DNA of 64,000 bases from the NCBI GenBank assembly GCA_963764625.1, contig CAVXTH010000009.1, forward strand, positions 896,001 through 960,000. Reading direction: 5' to 3'. Position numbers and translations under genes: made by a program. Positions 21,363-32,087 of the stretch are shown here, piece after piece. Every line of letters begins with the position of its first letter. The stretch's first letter is position 1. Under the pieces are notes generated by a model that did not search any database, had not been told where the DNA came from, and was given only the letters and a program-made list of their open reading frames with translations. Origin of the DNA: Candidatus Krumholzibacteriota bacterium (GTDB taxonomy: Bacteria > Krumholzibacteriota > Krumholzibacteriia > JAJRXK01).

Positions 21363-23601
21363 ATGGTACGCCGAAACGAGTCGAGATTTGCCTCCGCGGC
21401 ACTCGTGTTGTTGCTCTTTCTCGTGGTTTTCTACGGATGCCGAGCTTTCGACCCAGAACCGATCATCGTCAACATCCCGCCTGACACCTTCGTCACGGGA
21501 GCGCCGGCGGAGACCACGGGCACCGTGTTCAACCGCCACATGTATTGGTACGGCAAGGACGTGGACGGAGAAGTCGTGAAGTTCATCTTCGCGATCACCG
21601 ACTCCACGGTACGGGACCGAAGCCAGCCGAGGGTCGACGAAGAGGATGCGCGCTTCGATCCCGCCGACGACGCCTCTGACTCTCAGGCAGACCGACGGGA
21701 AGGTGGTGGGCTATACCTCCAAGACGGACTCGAGCTTCGTCTTCACCATTGATCGTGATCGAACACCTCGAAGGACATCACCTTCCATATCGTCGCGGTC
21801 GACGACCGAGGCTGCCATCGATCCGACGCCGGCCCGTCTCCATTTCTTCAACAACAGTCTGGGAAATCCGATCATTCGCTTTCGTGTCACTACCATCGAC
21901 GATTCAGGGCAGGAAACCGAGCGCTGGGTCGGAACCCCGAACGGTCCGAAGCTGGCTGGGGACGTCATTTGGCCCTGGGCCCCCGATCCCGACACGATCT
22001 CCGCGGAGAACACCGAGGAGCCCTTCGTGGGCTTCTCCAATCACTTCCGCATCTGCTGGGAGGCTTCCTCGCCCAACGGCGCCATCGCGGGCTACCGCTA
22101 CAAGGCTTCGGCCCTGCAAGCTGCCCCGTTCTATCCCACGAACTACGATGAGCAGTTGGGAGGCGAGGTCGAGAGTTGGTCGCTCGACACCACCTGCTTC
22201 GACTACGCGAACAACGAGGAGATCGACCTCAACAACCTACCTTCCGGCTGCAATTCGGGGTGGGGCGATTGTCCTGAGCTGCTCTTGTGGGGCTCCGGAT
22301 TCCACTTGCTCAAGGTAGTGGCCCTGGATGAGGCCGAGGTCCAGAGTACGGCCTTTGCGGGAGAATTGCGCTTCAATGTGAACTACCCGCCTGAGACCGA
22401 GTTGATCAAGGACTCCCAGTGGCCACGGTACACGGCGGACGGGGTCAATTGGATCAACTTCAGCGAAGGGGACACGATCCCGGACAAGGCGTATGTGCAG
22501 TTCAAGCAGCGCGGAGTGGATCGTTTCGAGCGCAATCGCAACGATCCCTTGCTCGCAGGACTGCCCTGCTGCGATTTCCCGAGCCTGAGCTCCAATCCCG
22601 ACAGCGAGGTCAGCTACCAAACCCGAATCGAAGACGCCCGTGCCATCAACGATCGCGGAGCGAGTTATTTCTGGAAGACCTCGTTCAGTCCGGCAGAGCG
22701 CGCGGACACCTTGGGTTTCCACGTGGGTCCCTTCGGCTACTCGATGTCCTTCCGAGCCGAGGACGAGCTTCTCCGGAAGGATCCGACGCCGCCCACCTTC
22801 AGTTTCGTGGGCGGGTTCATTCCCGTCTTGACCTCGGTTTCACCCTCCGGCTCCGACAGCCTTGTGGTCAAGGACCCAGCCTTCGGGACGCAGCGCTGGC
22901 CTTCGAACACCATCGAGTACACGATCAACAGCCGACAATCCGCCGGCGGGGACGAGGCGCTACTGGGATGGAGGGAAGTACGTGTTCGCCGATTCGTCAG
23001 GAGATCCGTCGTGGTTTCGCGGTACCGGGGAAGATCATCCGCTATACCGTCCGCTTCGAGGGCCGTGCCGACGCACGGGAGCCGGAGGGTTCCTTGAGAT
23101 CCTGGTCCTACGAGCTGGCGAGTGAGTACGATCCCTTGAACCAAGTGAAAGAGGGCGCAGGCCGCGACGTATTCGGCCGCTGGGATTCCCCGACGACCAA
23201 CGATCTGTGGGAGATGCGTGCGGGTGTAGCGGGAGAAGGCGTCGAGGTCTTCGTCCCCGATCTGCTGTGGCGATTTCCCAACCTGTACGCGCGCGTCAAT
23301 CCGGACACGGGAGAAGAAGGACCCTACTACAAGCTGGGAGTTGTTCTGGCTCGCCAGCTCGGACACATCCATCTGAAAGTGCAGGGGAAGACGGCCAAGG
23401 ATGGTCAGGAATTCCCCTACTGCTTCCTCACGGTCCGAGAGAGCTGCGGCTCAGAATACCACGAAGGTCCCGATGTCCGACAAGGGCAGGCGCACCGCCG
23501 TCGTCCAATCGAACTTTGTCGGGTCCCTAGGGCTCGATCCGGGAGGCACGGGAGTCATCACCGAGCTCTGGCCTCCGGACGGGTACATCCAGCAGCAATA
23601 G
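21363..23601 (+). CDS. Large lipoprotein with repeated Fn3/Ig-like modules (NxPPDT family); several frameshifts
   Basis: FYGC lipobox, NIPPDT, YWYGKDVDGEV, DPTPA motifs; pieces in ORFs 21327, 21646, 22862, 22419 and 23401. Confidence 0.6.
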
Positions 23602-23693
23602 AGCTTGGAATCGAGCGGTGGTTTGTCCACTCGCAAGAGTTACGGTCCGACCCCATGGAATCGATCATGCCTGCCGAGTGCGGGAGGGGTGCA

Positions 23694-26034
23694 ATGAAGA
23701 GACTAGTCTGGCTTGCTCTGTCGCTTGTGGTGACGATCGGGTTCACCGCGTGCCAGAGCGGCTTCAAAGGCGAAGTAACGGCGAATCAAGCGCCTGATAC
23801 TCGCGTGACGGCGACCCCGCCGGCGCTCGAGCAGACCTCGTTCACGGTGCAGTTCTACTGGACCGGTCTGGACAACGACGGTTGGATCGATCACTTCGAG
23901 TGGCGGATCAGTGACAATGGCCAGGATGGCATCATCGACCAGGGAGACACTCTCGGACTGCCTTGGCACTCCACGGTCGTGACCGATTCCACTTTCGAGG
24001 TGTCAGCAGACATCGCACTGTACCAGAACGACGTGAACAATCCGCAGATCACCGACCCGAAGGACTTCCGCTACTGGCAGACGCACACCTTCTTCGTGCG
24101 CTCGGTCGACAATTTGGGGGTGGCGGACGCCACTCCGGCGATGGTCTCCTTCACCGCCACCACTCTCTCGCCGACGATCACGATCACTCTTCCCAAGTCG
24201 AAGGGGAAGATCGACTGCGTCTCTTCCGCGCGCGCTCTCACCTTCGGCTGGGAGGGAAACGATCCGGACAACGTGGATCCCGATCCCGCAGCGATACGCT
24301 ACGCGCTGGTCAATACCCGTGAAGTCCTCGACCCGGCGCTGGGAGCGGACACCTGCCTCACGAAGTTCATCTACCAGGCCATCGATCCGGCCAAGATTTT
24401 CAACGGACACTGGAGCGAATGGATTTCCTACGACGCGCCGGAGGACAGCGGACGAGTGGTCACCTTTCCCGTCAAGGACATTAGCGAGTCGTTCTTCTTC
24501 GCGGTTCAAGCGAAGGACGTGGCCGGGGCGGTCACCCCTACTCTGGAATGGAATACGAACGTCAGGCACGTGCGAATTTCTCCCGGGAAAGCACCCCTCT
24601 TGAGCGTCACCGAGAAGTTTCTGGGGAATTCCAATTTCGTCGGACCCAATTCGATCAAGGCCTACGAAATCGCTGCTGGTCAGCCCCTGAATTTCAGTTG
24701 GAAGGCGGATGCATCCGACTACGCGGGGATCATCGACGCCTACCGCTTCGGCTGGGAGATTCAGGACGTGAACGATGCCGACGACCCAGGGTGGGCCGTG
24801 CCATGGGGAAGTGGTACCAGCTATCTGCGAGCTCCGGTTCGCACCTTCCAGCAGGGGAGCCCGAACTTCGTCATCCAGTGCCGTGACAACTCTGGCGCCA
24901 TCAGCAGGGGAACAGTCCAATTCGAAGTGGTTCAGGTCACCCCGCGCGCGCAGCAATTCGACCTGCTGTTCATCGATGACTACGACCTCCCGCCGGACCA
25001 GGAGCCCTCACGCACCTGGCGTGAGGAATGGGAGGAGATGCTGGTGGGAAGGGTCTCGAACTTCGACCCGGCGGTGGATTTCATCAGCGGCCGGGACGTC
25101 GACTTCCGCCTCGTCAACCGCTATAAGTCCGTGATCTGGTTCGTGCAGGGAAAGAGCGCGCTCACCGGATTCGCCACGAAACTCAGGCCGACCCTCACGG
25201 GCCCGCGCTACAACTGGCTCGAAGTCTACCAGTCAAAGATCGGCAATGTCCTCTTCATCGGCCCGTACGCCAGCCTCGGGATGATCGAAGCTGCGACCTT
25301 GGAGTTTCCCGTGGTGTACAACACCGTGGAGAGGCCCCCCCTCGGCTTGGGTTGCACCAGTTTTTCGACGGAAGGGTCCTGTTCGCCCGCCGGCACCGAA
25401 CGCTGGACCTACAGCGGGTGGTGTCTGGAGGCCAGCGATTGGGTGAGACCGGTGAGCGACGGCCGAACCGGCGAGGGTGGAGGCGCTGAGTCGACCACTA
25501 CCCTGCGCTGCGACTATCTGTTCCGAGCGCAGGTGGACTCCGGACTTCCTCACCCAGTATCCCAGCGCGGAAGGGGTGGTACAGGACCTGGTGACCAAGG
25601 CGGATTCGCCGCGGCTCCCCGGGTCCGACGGATATCCCGATGGTGTGGCGTTCTATCGCTATCAGTGGGAAGAGTTCTACAATCGAAACATCGCGCCCAC
25701 GCGTGAGGTCACGCTGATCCCCCGCGATTGCCAGAGGCCGATGTTTCTGCACCGTGCGGTTCGAGACGAAGTTTGGCCTTCGGGCACTCCCAACGCGGGG
25801 GATCCCATCATCCCCAACGCCAAGACGAGCTGCGCACCGGTCGGCCGGGATGACTCGCCCCTCGATGGCGCCGCGGTCGGCCTCGTCAGCAGCGTCTATT
25901 CGCCCTTCAAGCAACTGCCAGGGTCACAGGACTTCCTCTGGGGATTCAATCCCCTGGCTTTCGATCTGGATCACGTAGAGTCGGCTCTGCTTTGGATCAT
26001 CGGGCAGAACTGGGATATCGACGTCACGAACTAA
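23694..26034 (+). CDS. Paralogous large lipoprotein (NxAPDT family); frameshift ~25535
   Basis: ATG 23694 after GGAGG; FTAC lipobox, NQAPDT, FYWTGLDNDGWI, HTFFVRSVDNLGVADATPA; C-terminus in ORF 25477..26034. Confidence 0.7.
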
Positions 26035-26053
26035 ACCCGAGGAAGATGGATCG

Positions 26054-28475
26054 GTGAAGAGAACCAAGTACCTCACGTTCTTGCGTCCGCAACTTGTAGC
26101 AGTCGGCCTGCTTGAGCGCGCTCTGCGCGGGGCTGTGGCCTGTTTCCGCAATCGCGCAGAACGATTGCGGAGACTTTTTGAAGTTGTATTCCCCCGCGGA
26201 TCTCACGATCAACTTCCAGGCTGCCCCGGTGGAGGGAAATCGGCTCAGTTGGCAGCCTCAGTCCGCCGATAGCACTGCGTGCTATGTTCTCGGCGGTACT
26301 GAAGGTCTGACCGAGTTTGAACCCTCGGTGGAGGGCACCTACAAGCTGGACTCCGATCGCGATATCGACTTCATCGTGGTGGGCAGAGGAGTCGTCGGCG
26401 ATACGACCATCGGACAGCTCTCCGTCCTGTGGTCGAGCAAGTCGGTAAGCGAAGGCTACGTCGCCGGCTCCATGAACCTGTCGAATTCCGGCGGTATCTT
26501 TCAAGTCGATCTGGCTTCAGGTGTCGCAAGCCAGTCGAATACGGGGGTTCCCAAGTCCCTGAGCCGAACCAACATCATGAGTCTCGCGTCGTGGTCGGAC
26601 GGCCAGGGTACCACCAGAGTCTATGCTCTGGTCCCCGGCGTCCCCGTGCTGCTGAGCGAAAACGGCGGGGCGACCTGGGTGCCAACCCTGAGTTCGAAAA
26701 GCGACCCCATCCTCGATCAGTTGAGCAACCCCAGCGCCACCGGCGCTTCGATCACGGTGGATCCGACCGATCCCACGCGAATCCTGGTGGGTACTGCCGA
26801 TGGACTCTACCGCTCCACGGACTCGGCGGCGAGTTTCCTGCGGATCGCCCTGGAGATCTCGAGCGGAAAGCAAGAGGTCCTCGTGGTCAGGTACGACAAG
26901 ATCACCCGGCGTCTCTTCCTCTGCATCAACGGTCTCGGCTTGTTCGAAAGCCCGGACAACGGAGACTCGTGGAGCCCCATTTCGACTCTGAGAGTGCCCC
27001 GACCGACGGACACGAGCCCCGATTCAGCCCAGGTTGCATTGCCCCAGGTCTACGACATCCTCACTTCGCCCAACGACCCCAATCTCATCTACGTGGCTCT
27101 CCAGAGTTGGGGCGTGTATGCCACGACCGATGGCGGCACAAGTTGGGATCGCCGGGATGGCGGCATGGTGTTCGGCCCCGCCGCCGGGTACCCCTCAGGC
27201 CGGAAAGTGAGCGTTCGGGGCCTGTCCTTCGACAGTCGGAATACCCAGCGAATATTCGCCGCTTCCTCCTCACGTGGTCTCTTCATCAGTGACGACGGCG
27301 GAGTGAGCTGGTCGGACTCCACCGCCTTCTTGCCTGCCGGAAGCAATGGCGCAGTGCCGAGCTTGAAGAAGATCCTGCAGAATCCGACGAGCCCCGACGA
27401 ATTCTTCCTGACCACGCCCGAAAGCGGAATCCTCCACTCCGTCGATGGAGGCGTTCTCTACACGAAGCTCTACGACGAGCTCAACGTTGCCCCGGTGATC
27501 TCGCAGGTCGGGGACTTAATCTTCAATCCCAGCGACCCGGGTAAGCTGCTCCTCGCCAGCAGAGGTGGCGGAATCTACGAGCCTGGCGAACCGATTCCGC
27601 TCTCGGACACCATCGATCTCGCAGCCAGCGACGAAGAGTTTCGCAATGCGGACATTGGCCTTACCGTGAGATTCATGGTGGCGGCTACCGCGGACAGCAA
27701 TGGGCTCCTGCGTCCCGGCGACAGCTTCAACATTAGGACACAGACCTTCCAAGGGTACGCGGTCTGGCGTTCCGTCAAGTTCATGCCGAATAGTCAGGAA
27801 CCCGAGTGGGAACTCATCGGTCTCTACGATCTCAACAACCCCGAGTTCTGCTATTCGACCCCGTGCGATGCGTTAAACCCGCGGATCATCTCGGGCTGCT
27901 TCGCCGACAAGCGGTCGAACTGCTTCTCGTTTGACGATGCGACCGGGCGGGTGGCTTTCTTCGATCGCGATATCTACGATGGCTTTACCTATCACTACGC
28001 CGTCAGCACCTTCGACTACGGATTCACGGGCGATGTCGACCCCCGTGGTCTTGACCGCGACATGGAGTTCTCGCCGCGTTCGGCCTACGAAACGTCCCTT
28101 CAGGCGCAGAACCACATCTCCCCGGGCAACTACAACGATCAAGTCTTCACCGTGAGCAAGAAGGCCGCGCCGGACCTTTCAGGCATCTGGGTCGTCCCGA
28201 ATCCTCTCCGGCGAAGCGCAGGTTGGGACGAAACCGGCGGGTCCTCCATTCACTTCGTAAACGTTTCTCTGGACTCGAAGGCGGAGATCTACACCCTGGC
28301 CGGAGACCTGGTCACCGAGCTGCGCAACGAGATCGTGAGCGGGGAACAACGAGGGACCATTGTCTGGGACACGACAAATTCCAAGGGGCGAGAAGTCTCC
28401 AGCGGCGTGTATATCTGGAGGATCTCGAATGCCAAGGGGGGAGAGCGCGTCGGCAAGCTGACGATCATCCGCTGA
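26054..28475 (+). CDS. Secreted BNR/Asp-box beta-propeller (sortilin/YCF48-like) protein with C-terminal FlgD/T9SS-type sorting domain; signal peptide probably frameshifted ~26110
   Basis: Repeats SENGGATW, STDSAASF, SPDNGDSW, TTDGGTSW, SDDGGVSW, SVDGG; CTD VVPNP..IYTLAGDLV..WD..N..G..VSSGVY. Confidence 0.82.
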
Positions 28476-28528
28476 TCGAAGGCATCCCCAAACCAAAGCG
28501 CCCCCTCCTGCCAATGTCGTCGATGATT

Positions 28529-28557
28529 TTGACAGTGCGCGACCTGCAACCTATCAT
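28529..28557 (+). promoter_or_regulatory. sigma70-type promoter of ppdK
   Basis: TTGACA-17 nt-TATCAT; strong AGGAGG RBS downstream. Confidence 0.7.
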
Positions 28558-28647
28558 GCGCTGACACCTGAACTGATGGGCGCAAAGAGAACGGACCTCT
28601 CTCTCACGCCCGCCTGAATTCTACGAGATCAATCCAGGAGGAGAGCA

Positions 28648-31308
28648 GTGAGCCAGATGTTGTATTTCTTTGGGGAGGGGAAGGCGGACGGCAATGCTCA
28701 ACTGCGCGATCTTCTCGGAGGTAAGGGCGCCAACCTGGCCGAGATGACGAATCTGGGCCTTCCCGTGCCCCCTGGCTTCACGATCAGCACCGAAGTCTGC
28801 GCCGCCTACTACGCCTCGAAGGACAGGAGCTTCCCCCCAAAGCTCGACGAACTCGTTCGCGGTGCGATAGGAAGGATGGAGAGCATCCTCTCCGGTCGCT
28901 TCGGGGGCAGCGAGAATCCCCTCCTGGTCTCAGTGCGTTCGGGCGCCCGGGTGTCCATGCCGGGCATGATGGACACGGTGCTCAATCTGGGCCTGAACGA
29001 TCTAACCGTGAAAGCTCTGGCCCAAGCCACCGAGAATCCGCGCTTCGCGAACGACAGCTACCGGCGCTTCATCCAGATGTTCGGCAACGTGGTGTTGGGT
29101 ATCGATAGCGCGAATTTCGAAAACAAGCTGGAGGCGCTCAAGGAGAGGAAGGGAGTCGAGCTCGATACCGATCTCGATGCCGACGATCTGAGCGGACTCA
29201 TCGAGAGCTACAAGGAGATCGTGCGCAAAGAACACGGAAGCGATTTCCCGCAGAACCCGTGGGACCAGCTCTGGCAAGCCATCACGGCGGTGTTCCGTTC
29301 CTGGAACAACGACCGTGCCATCGCCTATCGCTCGATGCACAACTACTCCGACGAGTGGGGCACCGCGGTGAGCGTGCAGTCGATGGTGTTCGGAAACATG
29401 GGGAACGACTGCGCCACTGGCGTTGCGTTCACGCGCGATCCTTCCACCGGCGAGCACACTTTCTACGGCGAATACCTGCCCAACGCTCAGGGGGAAGACG
29501 TGGTGGCGGGGGTGAGAACTCCCCACCATCTTGCGGCTCGGAAAGGCGAGAGCGGCTCGCTCCAGGAACTGATGCCGGAAATCTACGATGAACTTCTGGA
29601 GATCGTGCGGAAGTTGGAGGATCACTACCGCGACATGCTGGACATCGAGTTCACCATCCAGAGGAATCGTCTTTGGATGTTGCAGGTGCGTGCCGGCAAA
29701 CGGACTGGCGCCGCGGCGGTGAGAATCGCGGTGGAGATGGTTCAGGAGAAGTTCATCGATCCCAAGGTCGCTATAAATAGAGTCACCCCCGATCAGCTCG
29801 AGCAGCTGCTTCATCCCACCATCGACGCCTCGGCCCAGTACACCGTGCTGGCCAAGGGCCTCCCCGCGAGTCCCGGAGCGGCGAGCGGAGAGCTGGTCTT
29901 CAGCGCGGAGGAGGCGGTAGAGGCCGCCGAGGACAAGCGAGCCGTGATTCTGGTGCGCAAGGAGACCAGCCCGGAGGACATCCGCGGAATGGCAGCGGCC
30001 CGCGCCATCCTCACCCAACGGGGCGGAATGACCAGCCACGCGGCCGTCGTGGCCCGCGGGATGGGAAAGTGTTGCGTGGCGGGTTGTGGTGAGATCTCCC
30101 TCGACGAATCGGCGGGAACGATGAAGGTGGCGGGCAGGAGCTTCTCGCGAGGGGACATCATCACCCTCAACGGAACTACCGGCGAAGTCATCGAGGGCGA
30201 GGTCCCCACGGTTCCCCCGAAGCAAGACGAGAACTTCCGCACCCTCATGGGGTGGGCCGATGAGTTCCGGCGCCTGGGGATCCGCACCAACGCGGATACG
30301 CCTCAGGACAGCAAGCTCGCCCGAGAGTTCGGAGCCGAGGGAATTGGACTCTGTCGGACCGAGCACATGTTCTTCGGCGAGGAGCGGATCGGTGCGGTTC
30401 GCGAGATGATCGTGGCGCAGAACGAAGAACAGAGGAGCAAAGCGCTCGCGAAGCTCCTTCCCTATCAGATGGAAGACTTCAAGGGGATCTTCGAGGCCAT
30501 GGACGGGCTTCCCGTCACCATCCGTCTGCTCGATCCGCCCCTGCACGAGTTCCTTCCCCACGATACCGAAGAGATCGAGCGTCTCGCGCACGAGCTCTCC
30601 CTGGATGTCAGCGAGATGCGGCGCATCGTGGATTCTCTGCAGGAGTTCAATCCGATGCTGGGACACCGCGGATGCCGTCTGGGGATCACTTATCCGCAGA
30701 TCTATCTAATGCAGGTGGAGGCGATCATCCGCGCCGCTCTTCAAGTGCAGAAGTCGGGCAAGGTGCCCAAGCCGGAGATCATGATTCCCCTGGTGGGGGT
30801 CGACCAGGAACTGAGGATCCTACGCCAGGAAGCGGTCGCGAAAGCGGATGAGCTGATCGCACAGAGCGGCCAAACTCTCTCCTACCTGGTGGGGACGATG
30901 ATCGAGATCCCCCGCGCCGCGCTGACTGCGGACGCAGTGGCCAAGGAGGCGGACTTCTTCTCCTTCGGAACGAACGATCTCACCCAGATGTGCTTCGGAT
31001 TCAGCCGCGACGATGCCGGCTCCTTCCTCCCCAGCTACGTAGGGCGTGGAATCCTGCCCCAGGACCCCTTCCAGAGTCTGGATCAAGAGGGGGTAGGTCA
31101 ATTGGTGACCATAGCCTGTCAGAAGGGACGCCAGGTAAAGCCGGGCCTGAAACTTGGAGTCTGCGGCGAGCACGGCGGAGACCCCGCATCGGTGGCCTTC
31201 TTCCACCGAGTTGGCCTGGATTATGTTAGTTGTTCGCCCTACCGGGTCCCAATTGCCCGGCTGGCCGCCGCTCAGGCTCGTCTGGCGGACGAAACGAGCG
31301 CTGGATGA
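28648..31308 (+). CDS. ppdK: Pyruvate, phosphate dikinase
   Basis: LLGGKGANLAEM, SVRSGARVSMPGMMDT, GGMTSHAAVVAR, GIGLCRTEHMF, GVCGEHGGDP. Confidence 0.98.
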   Translation: MSQMLYFFGEGKADGNAQLRDLLGGKGANLAEMTNLGLPVPPGFTISTEVCAAYYASKDRSFPPKLDELVRGAIGRMESILSGRFGGSENPLLVSVRSGARVSMPGMMDTVLNLGLNDLTVKALAQATENPRFANDSYRRFIQMFGNVVLGIDSANFENKLEALKERKGVELDTDLDADDLSGLIESYKEIVRKEHGSDFPQNPWDQLWQAITAVFRSWNNDRAIAYRSMHNYSDEWGTAVSVQSMVFGNMGNDCATGVAFTRDPSTGEHTFYGEYLPNAQGEDVVAGVRTPHHLAARKGESGSLQELMPEIYDELLEIVRKLEDHYRDMLDIEFTIQRNRLWMLQVRAGKRTGAAAVRIAVEMVQEKFIDPKVAINRVTPDQLEQLLHPTIDASAQYTVLAKGLPASPGAASGELVFSAEEAVEAAEDKRAVILVRKETSPEDIRGMAAARAILTQRGGMTSHAAVVARGMGKCCVAGCGEISLDESAGTMKVAGRSFSRGDIITLNGTTGEVIEGEVPTVPPKQDENFRTLMGWADEFRRLGIRTNADTPQDSKLAREFGAEGIGLCRTEHMFFGEERIGAVREMIVAQNEEQRSKALAKLLPYQMEDFKGIFEAMDGLPVTIRLLDPPLHEFLPHDTEEIERLAHELSLDVSEMRRIVDSLQEFNPMLGHRGCRLGITYPQIYLMQVEAIIRAALQVQKSGKVPKPEIMIPLVGVDQELRILRQEAVAKADELIAQSGQTLSYLVGTMIEIPRAALTADAVAKEADFFSFGTNDLTQMCFGFSRDDAGSFLPSYVGRGILPQDPFQSLDQEGVGQLVTIACQKGRQVKPGLKLGVCGEHGGDPASVAFFHRVGLDYVSCSPYRVPIARLAAAQARLADETSAG

Positions 31309-31372
31309 GCGAGGGGGTGCACGAGCCCCCGACGCTCAGAGGAACTGGACCGCGTCCAGGGGGGAGAGAATC

Positions 31373-31867
31373 TTGGATTTGCGGGGCCGAATCGAACTCT
31401 TCGGAGTGGCGAACATCTTTCAGCTCCTGCATCTCGCGCAGGCCACGGGCAAGCTCGTGCTCCATGGCTGTCAGCAGCGCGCCCGGGTCTATTTCCACCA
31501 AGGACGGTTGATCTACGCCCGCACCGACGCCCGCACTGAGCGTCTCGGCGACTACCTCGTGCGCAGCGGCATGCTGGAACGCTCTCAACTCGAGGGCGCC
31601 AAGATGAAGGCAGGCCTCGCCGGCGGAAAGAGGATCGGCACGATCCTGGTCGAGGTGGGGAGCATCAGCGATCAACAGCTCAAGGAAGCCGTTCGCAACC
31701 AGATCGAGGAGATCGTCTTCCAGCTGGTCACGATCGAAGAGGGCACTTTTGCCTTCTACTCGCAGATCTACCCCGAGAACGAGGACATCCTGCTCGACGT
31801 GAGTCTCGACTATCTGATGCTGGAGGGGATGCGCAAGCTCGACGAATTGGGCAAGGACGCGTCCTGA
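31373..31867 (+). CDS. DUF4388 (PatA-N-like) protein with two MshEN-like motifs
   Basis: LRGRIELFGVANIFQLL..ATGKL; RLGDYLVRSGML and RIGTILVEVGSI; LMLEGMRKLDE. Confidence 0.8.
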   Translation: MDLRGRIELFGVANIFQLLHLAQATGKLVLHGCQQRARVYFHQGRLIYARTDARTERLGDYLVRSGMLERSQLEGAKMKAGLAGGKRIGTILVEVGSISDQQLKEAVRNQIEEIVFQLVTIEEGTFAFYSQIYPENEDILLDVSLDYLMLEGMRKLDELGKDAS

Positions 31868-31895
31868 GAGGGCGAAGAAAAGCCGATGCGTGAAT

Positions 31896-31923
31896 GAGGC
31901 GCCCCTAAGGCGCCTCTTTTTTT
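31896..31923 (+). terminator. Intrinsic terminator
   Basis: GAGGCGCC-cctaa-GGCGCCTC followed by T7. Confidence 0.88.
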
Positions 31924-32027
31924 GCTGGCTCTGGCTGGTTCTCTTGCGCTGCCGGCCGGGGATCGCTCGCCGCGCCCGCCGGTCGTCGCCCACCCGGGCG
32001 GGTTTCCTTTGCGCGGCTCCGCCTCCC

Positions 32028-32043
32028 GGGCACAGTCATTGCT
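32028..32043 (+). promoter_or_regulatory. sigma54-type -24/-12 promoter candidate for giant-protein operon
   Basis: GGGCACAGTCATTGCT, GG-N8-TTGCT, about 45 nt before ATG 32088. Confidence 0.6.
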
Positions 32044-32046
32044 TTC

Positions 32047-32059
32047 CAAGTTCTTGATC
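32047..32059 (-). promoter_or_regulatory. IHF-like binding site
   Basis: Reverse complement GATCAAGAACTTG matches WATCAANNNNTTR at 12/13. Confidence 0.4.
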
Positions 32060-32087
32060 CACAGACACTTGGGTTGCGATGAACACT

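Noticed and set aside
22419-25706. 1095-aa ORF as a single protein
   Set aside because: Chimeric frame: contains part of lipoprotein 1, a spacer, and then the true start of lipoprotein 2 (RBS, ATG 23694, lipobox)
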